Source of the DNA: Candidatus Thorarchaeota archaeon
GTDB lineage: Archaea; Asgardarchaeota; Thorarchaeia; Thorarchaeales; Thorarchaeaceae
DNA: 12,590 nt
Direction of reading: 5' to 3'
Assembly: GCA_048882485.1 (NCBI GenBank)
Contig: JBHLRP010000073.1
Span: 1-12,590 of the forward strand
Position 1 is the first letter of the stretch. Every line of letters starts with the position of its first letter. This document shows positions 1 to 6,384 of the stretch, in pieces. Position numbers and translations under genes: made by a program. The notes below the pieces were generated by a model, which was not told where the DNA came from, made no database searches, and was given only the letters and a program-made list of their open reading frames with translations.

Positions 1-50
1 ATGAACTCTCTATATGCCGGAACTGCATCTAGGACCTCATCAAAATTCAA
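1..50 (-). CDS. 5' end of a CDS running off the window, possibly M14-family zinc carboxypeptidase (partial)
   Basis: Minus strand reads GGAGGA (SD)-tggactg-TTG AAT TTT GAT GAG GTC CTA GAT GCA GTT CCG GCA TAT AGA GAG TTC = MNFDEVLDAVPAYREF, open to the window edge. It resembles from memory the N-terminus (..xxPxYxxFxTVDEL) of prokaryotic M14-like peptidases. Only 16 codons are visible. Confidence 0.4.
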   Translation of the reverse strand, partial: MNFDEVLDAVPAYREF

Positions 51-191
51 CAGTCCATCCTCCGCTGGTTGATGCTCTGCATGCAGAAACACAAACCCTC
101 CTTATATTTGCGGAGTTTTATCTCGATTAGGCCACAAGCAAGACCGGAATCCTGATACGGTTTCTGGATATAGTCCACCCGGGAATATAGA

Positions 192-404
192 TTGATTGTA
201 GTCTATCTGATGGTGCTAGGCATCCTGATTGGACTGGCTTTCTATAGCTACATCCGTTTCATCCGAGCATCAGATCGACCTAGTTACCAACCGACTGAAG
301 TAAGTACCATGATTGGTGGCCGAGTGGAGCATATCACTACAGGAGCCGTACCCAAGCTTATGCCTCGTCACTTGATGAGTGAGTCGGAACGGGATGAAGA
401 GTAG
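192..404 (+). CDS. small single-pass membrane protein, hypothetical (70 aa)
   Basis: TTG-start ORF with an N-terminal hydrophobic helix (IVVYLMVLGILIGLAFYSYI), then basic residues and a polar tail ending in acidic ESERDEE. It fills the gap between neighbours. Confidence 0.6.
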   Translation: MIVVYLMVLGILIGLAFYSYIRFIRASDRPSYQPTEVSTMIGGRVEHITTGAVPKLMPRHLMSESERDEE

Positions 405-429
405 CAGCTCAAGCAATGGCTCCCAATGT

Positions 430-441
430 GAGAAGTGGTAG
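430..441 (+). repeat. intergenic direct repeat copy (GAGAAGTGGTAG, one AAG unit shorter)
   Basis: Matches the 4533 and 11650 copies with a 3-nt deletion. Its flanks (cagctca...atgt upstream; atg..ccatt..tctgaat downstream) also resemble those of the 4533 copy. Confidence 0.6.
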
Positions 442-487
442 ATGCTCCATTGATTTAGTTTCTGAATCCTTCAGTGGTTTTTCAAGG

Positions 488-763
488 CTAATCATCTGAC
501 CAATCTCCTAAGGATGTGTCAGCTAATGATTTTCTCTTCTGTCTACTCATGCGATACAGAATGACACTCAAAAGCATCGGCATCAGCACCATCAGGACTA
601 TCAACATCAGAATATTATCCATAGTGAGGGGCGAATATGGTGCCAGAATGGATTGTACTACGGCCATGAGCATAAAGACAGACACAAAAGCGCAGCATAT
701 GGAACATCCTCTATACATCACTCTGAGTGTCGCGTCCAGGCTTTCTCCGCTTCCCGTGGCCAT
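488..763 (-). CDS. small two-TM membrane protein, hypothetical (91 aa)
   Basis: ATG start with GTGGGA upstream. Two hydrophobic segments (CAFVSVFMLMAVVQSIL; ILMLIVLMVLMPMLLSVILY) followed by the basic cytoplasmic tail RMSRQKRK. Confidence 0.7.
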   Translation of the reverse strand: MATGSGESLDATLRVMYRGCSICCAFVSVFMLMAVVQSILAPYSPLTMDNILMLIVLMVLMPMLLSVILYRMSRQKRKSLADTSLGDWSDD

Positions 764-881
764 GTCAATCCCACATCAATAGATTCTCCGCCTTTCAGAT
801 AGAAATTGTGGTTTCAAAGAAGATGGCTCTAATCTTAATTCTAATATGACATGCAATCCATGGTTGCCCCAGGAGTCCATT

Positions 882-1199
882 ATGCAACTACGAAGAATGA
901 AGATAACCGTAGTACGAAGGTACAGTCCAGAAGAAGTGTTTGGACATCCAATGACTCAGTCCTCGTCAGGTAAAACGATACCGGTCTGCCAATTCTTCGA
1001 AGACGGACAGGAGTTCATTGCTGATAACAGCTTCACGATGCCTGAAGGTTTCTGTGGATGGGCTTGGAGGGACTTGACTGTCCGATTCACTAAATTCGAC
1101 CTAGTCGATATGGATTGGCCTGGTCCAAATGTGACGTATGTAGCATGTGGGGACGGCGTGAGGCCAGTCATTTTTCGACTGGAGAAGCTTGATGATTGA
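882..1199 (+). CDS. TIGR04076-family protein (small Cys-containing, probable metal-binding)
   Basis: Family hallmarks: KITVVR, C-x-x-F-x-x-G-Q-E-F, P-x-G-F-C-x-W-A-W, and C-x-D-G-x-R-P-V-x-F-x-L-E at the C-terminus. Start moved from 846 to the in-frame ATG at 882 because AGGAG lies at 871-875. Confidence 0.8.
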   Translation: MQLRRMKITVVRRYSPEEVFGHPMTQSSSGKTIPVCQFFEDGQEFIADNSFTMPEGFCGWAWRDLTVRFTKFDLVDMDWPGPNVTYVACGDGVRPVIFRLEKLDD

Positions 1200-1233
1200 T
1201 CTACGTCATGGAAGCGATTCACAGAAGGCGTTC

Positions 1234-1253
1234 GAAGAGAGCGATAACGGGTG
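1234..1253 (+). repeat. degenerate intergenic direct repeat copy (GAAGAGAGCGATAACGGGTG)
   Basis: Ungapped alignment to 11651-11670 gives 11/20 identities, and every mismatch is a transition, so the purine/pyrimidine pattern is identical. Confidence 0.35.
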
Positions 1254-1323
1254 ACCGGGTATCGACGAGCTTATGTGAAACTCCATCACTCTCATGTCAG
1301 CGCTTGATTTGGGGATTTAGATT

Positions 1324-4300
1324 ATGTACGAGCACTTCGAACCGGTCGACCGAGTCTTCGTTGACCGTGAGGAGCATCTTGATTGGATGTCAGATGCGTT
1401 ACAGCGCTGCAAAGAACAGAGTGTTGTTCTTCATCTTCGCGGCATTGGCGGGATTGGAAAGAGCTCACTCTTGGACCACTGGAAGAACACGATTGACGAT
1501 ACTGTCTATCTTGACTGTGAGAGGTACACTGAGTTCTACGACCGTTTGAATGTCATTGCTAAGGGAGCTGTCCACCTTGGCGTGAATCTGCAGCGTTTCG
1601 ACGTTCTGTGGCAGATTCGACTGCGGTTTGTCGAGGGACTAGAACCGGTCAAAGAGGAGGGCCGAGAATGGGCCAAGGAAATCGTGATGGCAATACCGTT
1701 CATCGGCTCTCTGGCAAGTATCGGCAGTGCTATTGGTGCAGTTGGGGCCAAGGTGGGTCCAAAACTGAAAAGAAAATATGGTGAGCTGGGAGAATGGCTC
1801 CAAGCTCGCCTTGGTACGGACTACATCCAGCGACTGCTCGAAATACTCTGGAAGGAGCCAAGACGAGCGGAGTTTCTCTTTCTTGATGCGTTGTTGGAGG
1901 ACTTGAGCAAACGCAAGACCTTTGAGAGGCCGATCGTGTTCCTGCTGGATCACTCAGAGCGTGTCGACAGCGAAACATGCCGATGGCGATATCGTAGTCG
2001 AGATATCACTGAAACCGAGCTCTGGTATGTATTCTTGACTTCACTCCCCAATTGTGTCGGAGTAATGGCAAGCAGACAAGCCCTGACTGAGGAAGCTAGA
2101 GAGGAACTCGAGATTGAGGAGACCGAGCTCACAGAGCTTGGGAGAGAGAGTTGCGTCGAGCTCCTTGAAAAGCGTGGGGTGACGGAACGTGAGATTCAGG
2201 ATAGAATCGTCAGTGTGAGTGGTGGAAACCCCTTTGTGATAGGAGCGATGTGTGACGTTGCAGATTCTGCCAACCTCTCCCTGAATGATGTGGAAGACCT
2301 GCGGGCCGATACCCTCGAAGCAGTGCGGCTTAAGACATGGAGAAGACTCTTCAGCGAAACACAAGATCTCCTGCGACTAGTAGAAAGAGCAGGCCTTCTC
2401 CCCTCTTTCAATCGAAGGACCATGACTATCATTGCACCAGACATGAGAACAGACCACTGGGATAGACTGATTCGCCTGAGTTTTGTCAAGTACAGAGATG
2501 ACGGTACTTGGGTGCTGCACGACCTTGCAAAGGAGCTAATTGTTGCCGAACTTGGCCCACGGCTTCAGGAATCGACGGATGAGGTGGCCGAACTTCTCGA
2601 GAAGGCTTCGACAGATGAGTCGGACTACACCCTTCTAGGATTGGCTCTATCAATACTAGCACTAGCCGAAGAGAGTGACGCAGCGGCAAGGCTCGGCTCC
2701 ATGGTTTCGGACCTTATATGGAGCAACGATTTCTCTGATGCTCTAACACTTGTTGACGCCGCGCGAATCGACACGAAGAGCGGCCAAGCGGTCATACAGG
2801 GGCTGAGAGGAGGCGTTCTGTGCCAAATGGCCAGGGTTGCTGATGGTGAGCATGCGTTTCGGGAGGCACTTGAGATATTTCGAGAGCTCGAGGAGAGGAG
2901 CCCTGATGATTTCCTAGTGCATTTTGCACGAACGCTGCATTTCCTTGGTTTATTGCTCACAAGAACTGGGAGAAACTCGGAGGGCATTGCCTCTTTCCAG
3001 GAGTCGCTAAAGATCTTCAGGAGCCTTAATGAGAATACACTGGGTTTCCATCCACAGGACATTGCTTGGACTCTCCAAACCTTCGGCTATGCCCTGATGA
3101 AAGTCCACAGACTAGAAGAGGGCGAGAACGCATTTCGAGAGGCACATCGCCTATTCAAGAAGTCCATCCCGACAGCATCATACAACCCCATGATAGGTAT
3201 AACACACTCTCTCCGAACCATAGGTATAGTGCTATGCCTCACAGGTAGGCCTCTAGAGGCTGAAGAAATTCATCGAAACGCTCTCAAAATCTATAGGGAA
3301 CAGATTAACAAAGGAATGGATGACGTTTCTCTCCTACGTCACCTCTGCTTCTGCCTTACCACATATGCAGACATACTGAGAATGATGGGCAGGCCATATG
3401 AGGCGATAGGTCCCCACCAAGAGGCAGTGCAATTGGCCAGAGATCTAGTCAAGAAGGAGCCAGAGGCGCTCGCGGTTTTGGTCCCATTCACTCTCGCCGG
3501 CTATGCGCTACCACTAAGACAGATTGGAAGATACTCTGAGGCGGAGGAGGCTTATCTAGAGTCGATTGAGATATCCAGACAACTGGTGGAAGAAGCGCCT
3601 GATTTATTCTTGAAATTCCTCGCCGTGACTCTCGTTGATTTCGCAGTTCTTCTCCGACAGACTGGCAGAGTATCAGAGGCCGAAGAGAAATATCGTGAGG
3701 CGCTCAGAATCCATAGAGAACTTGCCGCCAAGGAGCGGGGTCAGCACGACTACGAACTGCCTTGGAATCTGAACAATCTCGCAGTTCTTCTCAGAAAGAC
3801 TGGGCGGTCAGCAGAAGCCGAAGAGACGTACAGAGAGGCGCTTGGCATCGCGAGAGATACCAGCCGAGAAGCACCGGAGGCCATCTTTCTCATTGAGCCT
3901 GTTGCCACCATTCTCAGCAACCTCGCAGTTCTTCTTAGACAGACTGGTAGAATATTAGAAGCCGAGGAAGCCATTCTAGAGGCGCTCGAGATCAGAAGAC
4001 AACTTGCCCAGAAGTCTCCCGAATACTTCCTGCATCGTGTTGCCACGACGCTCAACAATCTCAGTGTCCTGTTGGCCGAATCAGGAAGGATGGTGGAGGC
4101 TGAGGAGGCGTTAAGAGAAGCACTTCAGATTCGCAGAAACATTATTGAGAAGTCATCTGGCCTGTACCAACCTTCTGTTGGGTCAACTCTCAACAACCTC
4201 GCTGTCCTTCTCAAGCGATTGGGTCGAACATCTGATGCAGAGAGCGCATATCGTGAGGCGATTGATATTGGTGAAGAGCTAGTATCAAGGGCACCGACTG

Positions 4301-4485
4301 TCTATAAACATGAACTAGGGAGAACCCTCAGTAACTACGCGCTTCTCCTCTCAGAAATTGAAAGCACAGATACACTCCAGAAGATCATGACGAGATTAGA
4401 GAGGCTTGGCATCAAGAGCTTGCCAGAGAGTGAGGAGTGGTCAGAGGAAGAGGAGGAAGAGGCTTGGGCGCCAGGGGCAGCCTGA
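1324..4485 (+). CDS. STAND-class P-loop NTPase (NB-ARC/AAA_16-like) with C-terminal TPR array (1053 aa)
   Basis: FVDREE pre-Walker motif, Walker A GIGGIGKS, Walker B IVFLLDHSE, sensor-1-like VGVMASR, GGNP (GxP) motif and winged-helix LHD motif. Then many 46-48 aa TPR-like repeats (LNNLAVLLRxTGRxxEAEExYREALxI) and an acidic tail. Confidence 0.9.
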   Translation: MYEHFEPVDRVFVDREEHLDWMSDALQRCKEQSVVLHLRGIGGIGKSSLLDHWKNTIDDTVYLDCERYTEFYDRLNVIAKGAVHLGVNLQRFDVLWQIRLRFVEGLEPVKEEGREWAKEIVMAIPFIGSLASIGSAIGAVGAKVGPKLKRKYGELGEWLQARLGTDYIQRLLEILWKEPRRAEFLFLDALLEDLSKRKTFERPIVFLLDHSERVDSETCRWRYRSRDITETELWYVFLTSLPNCVGVMASRQALTEEAREELEIEETELTELGRESCVELLEKRGVTEREIQDRIVSVSGGNPFVIGAMCDVADSANLSLNDVEDLRADTLEAVRLKTWRRLFSETQDLLRLVERAGLLPSFNRRTMTIIAPDMRTDHWDRLIRLSFVKYRDDGTWVLHDLAKELIVAELGPRLQESTDEVAELLEKASTDESDYTLLGLALSILALAEESDAAARLGSMVSDLIWSNDFSDALTLVDAARIDTKSGQAVIQGLRGGVLCQMARVADGEHAFREALEIFRELEERSPDDFLVHFARTLHFLGLLLTRTGRNSEGIASFQESLKIFRSLNENTLGFHPQDIAWTLQTFGYALMKVHRLEEGENAFREAHRLFKKSIPTASYNPMIGITHSLRTIGIVLCLTGRPLEAEEIHRNALKIYREQINKGMDDVSLLRHLCFCLTTYADILRMMGRPYEAIGPHQEAVQLARDLVKKEPEALAVLVPFTLAGYALPLRQIGRYSEAEEAYLESIEISRQLVEEAPDLFLKFLAVTLVDFAVLLRQTGRVSEAEEKYREALRIHRELAAKERGQHDYELPWNLNNLAVLLRKTGRSAEAEETYREALGIARDTSREAPEAIFLIEPVATILSNLAVLLRQTGRILEAEEAILEALEIRRQLAQKSPEYFLHRVATTLNNLSVLLAESGRMVEAEEALREALQIRRNIIEKSSGLYQPSVGSTLNNLAVLLKRLGRTSDAESAYREAIDIGEELVSRAPTVYKHELGRTLSNYALLLSEIESTDTLQKIMTRLERLGIKSLPESEEWSEEEEEEAWAPGAA
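3641..3990 (+). repeat. DNA-level tandem TPR-coding repeats
   Basis: TCGCAGTTCTTCT-x-xGAxAGACTGG recurs at 3641, 3779 and 3923 (spacing 138 and 144 nt). TATCGTGAGGCG occurs at 3691 and again near 4249. Confidence 0.8.
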
Positions 4486-4532
4486 AATACACTCGAGTTG
4501 TCACAGCTCATATGACATTCTCTAGCATGTCA

Positions 4533-4550
4533 GAGAAGAAGTGGTAGTGG
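4533..4550 (+). repeat. intergenic direct repeat copy (GAGAAGAAGTGGTAGTGG)
   Basis: The first 15 nt are identical to 11650-11664, and the copies share 17/18 identity over 18 nt. Confidence 0.8.
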
Positions 4551-4610
4551 ATGAGTGACCATTTCATTATCTCTCTGAATTTGAGTCTTGTACCAGTTCT
4601 GTAGTCCATA

Positions 4611-5552
4611 CTAACTGGATTTGTAGAGATCTGTGCTCAGGTACTTGACGCCTGAATCAACCAGCAACGTGACCACTGTGGCACCAGGTCCCAGTCTCTT
4701 GGCTATTCTGATTGCTGCCGCTACATTTGCTCCTGATGAGGTGCCTGCGCAGAGCCCCTCTTCTCTCGCCAGCCGTCTTGCCATCGCCTTGGCATCCTCA
4801 GTTGGAATGCGAACAATCTCGTCGACTAGACTACTATCCCATAGGGGTGGGAGAAATCCTATCCCAATGCCTTCTATATCATGTGAACCACTCTCCCCTC
4901 CCGACAACACGGGGGACTCGTCCGGTTCAACGGCGACAATTTTCACCCGTGAATTTCGTTCTCTCAATGTTCTCGAGGTACCAATAATGGAACCGGCAGT
5001 CCCAGCCACATGCACAAAGGCATCGACTAGGCCATTCGTCTGTTCCCATATTTCTTCACCCAATTGGAGATAGCCAGACACATTGTCCTTATTGTACAGT
5101 TGATTTGTCCAGTAAGTACCTGGTTCATCACTCAGCTCTCGGGCGGTTTCTATCATCTTCTCGATTAGTTCTTTCCTAATCCCAAGACCCTCGCTTGGAA
5201 CAATTGTGACTTCTGCACCAAGAGCCCTCATATAGTCTAGCTTCTCTTGACTAAACGCATCAGAGGAAACGACACGAAAACGATATCCTTTGATAGCGCA
5301 GATGAATGCCAGCGATGTTCCTGTGCTGCCTCCAGTATATTCCACCACTGTGCCACCAGGACCCAACTTCCCGTCCTCCTCTGCTTTTTCAATCATGGCT
5401 TGAGCCATGCGATCTTTCATACTTCCCGTGGGATTCTCCCATTCTAGCTTGACTAGTACTCTACCATGGTCTTGAGGAACCACCTTTTTCAACTGCACTA
5501 AGGATGTATTCCCAATCGCATCCACGGCATCTTCGGCAATCTTCACGCCCAT
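4611..5552 (-). CDS. PLP-dependent cysteine synthase (CysK/CysM/CBS) family protein with non-canonical motifs (313 aa)
   Basis: IGNT.LV start, KLEWENPTGSMKDR (PLP lysine), GTAGS phosphate loop, AVEP, HDIEGIG, EGLCAGTSSGAN and DSGVKYLST. The substrate loop is TGGST instead of TSGNT, so cysK is not assigned. Confidence 0.9.
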   Translation of the reverse strand: MGVKIAEDAVDAIGNTSLVQLKKVVPQDHGRVLVKLEWENPTGSMKDRMAQAMIEKAEEDGKLGPGGTVVEYTGGSTGTSLAFICAIKGYRFRVVSSDAFSQEKLDYMRALGAEVTIVPSEGLGIRKELIEKMIETARELSDEPGTYWTNQLYNKDNVSGYLQLGEEIWEQTNGLVDAFVHVAGTAGSIIGTSRTLRERNSRVKIVAVEPDESPVLSGGESGSHDIEGIGIGFLPPLWDSSLVDEIVRIPTEDAKAMARRLAREEGLCAGTSSGANVAAAIRIAKRLGPGATVVTLLVDSGVKYLSTDLYKSS

Positions 5553-5581
5553 ACCTCGCGGGCCTAATGTTTCTCCTGTGC

Positions 5582-5587
5582 TATATA
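5582..5587 (-). promoter_or_regulatory. putative archaeal TATA box for the cysteine-synthase-like gene
   Basis: TATATA about 30 nt upstream of the ATG at 5552, a spacing consistent with a leaderless or short-leader archaeal transcript. Confidence 0.4.
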
Positions 5588-5689
5588 CTGTTCGAATCTG
5601 GCTCTAATTTACGGAGCAGCTAGACAGTAGTTCTGTTTTTTGCACCAGTTAGTTGATGAATGACTAGAGTGAATTCCTACCAAGTATCT

Positions 5690-6193
5690 CTAGTGCCCGG
5701 TCCTAAGTCTGTGCACTATTAGGCCCACATACATCACCACGCCAAGAACCCCCATCCAAACGCAGAGGCTATACACCTCCATTGAGAGAGCGGGATTGTA
5801 TAACGGATTCGTTGTCAGCGGATAGAATGGACGGATATCACTGTATAACGGAGAGTCCAGTAAGACATGGAGTATGGTGCCCAGGACACCTGCAAGCACG
5901 AACAGCCTTAGACTCGTCCTGCTATCTGTTTCCAGCAAGAGAATCTTGTAGAGTGGATACAAGTATCTCTCAAGAAGTAACATGATATATCCAATCACAA
6001 GACTCACAAGGAACGCCAGTAGGAATGTATGGAAGTATCCATGTAACGGATATTCCAGTCCGAACATAATCACTAGGAATGGCTCAACATCAAGCATTAC
6101 ATTGGCTAATATGAAGGTAGGAGTGTGCATGTACTCTCTCAGAGGAAGCCCAAGGCACACTGCTGGACCGAGATGAAAGGGCGTGAATGGCAT
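5690..6193 (-). CDS. membrane-bound metal-dependent hydrolase (YdjM/DUF4184-like, 167 aa)
   Basis: MPFTPFH N-terminus, DVEP, HGYFHT, HVLLD and PFYP motifs in a multi-TM protein. Start moved from 6274 to the ATG at 6193 because GGAGTGA lies just upstream. Confidence 0.8.
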   Translation of the reverse strand: MPFTPFHLGPAVCLGLPLREYMHTPTFILANVMLDVEPFLVIMFGLEYPLHGYFHTFLLAFLVSLVIGYIMLLLERYLYPLYKILLLETDSRTSLRLFVLAGVLGTILHVLLDSPLYSDIRPFYPLTTNPLYNPALSMEVYSLCVWMGVLGVVMYVGLIVHRLRTGH

Positions 6194-6342
6194 TGAAAAC
6201 TCACTCCTTGACTCATCGATGATGCAATCCACAGCAAATGTGGCTTGCGCTCTCAAATACCTTCCTTTAGGCAAGTCTCTGTACCATTATGATGGTGAAT
6301 GGTCAACGAGTACGGATGGTTTCAAATCAGGAAAGATGAATG

Positions 6343-6358
6343 GAAGTGATAGCGAGTA
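6343..6358 (+). repeat. intergenic direct repeat copy (GAAGTGATAGCGAGTA)
   Basis: 14/16 identical to 11655-11670, and both mismatches are G>A transitions. Confidence 0.6.
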
Positions 6359-6384
6359 TGATGGGTTGCATTCTAAAGTCCCTA

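Noticed and set aside
5653-5690. Possible extra repeat copies (TTGATGAATGACTAGAGTG at 5653; inverted CTACCAAGTATCTC at 5677; also GAGATTGGTAGC at 11828)
   Set aside because: They need gaps or are too short to distinguish from chance without a PWM score.
6252-6262. CTCAAATACCT shared with 11701-11711, and TGGCTCTAAT shared between 824-833 and 5599-5608
   Set aside because: Single 10-11 nt matches are plausible by chance at this sequence length.
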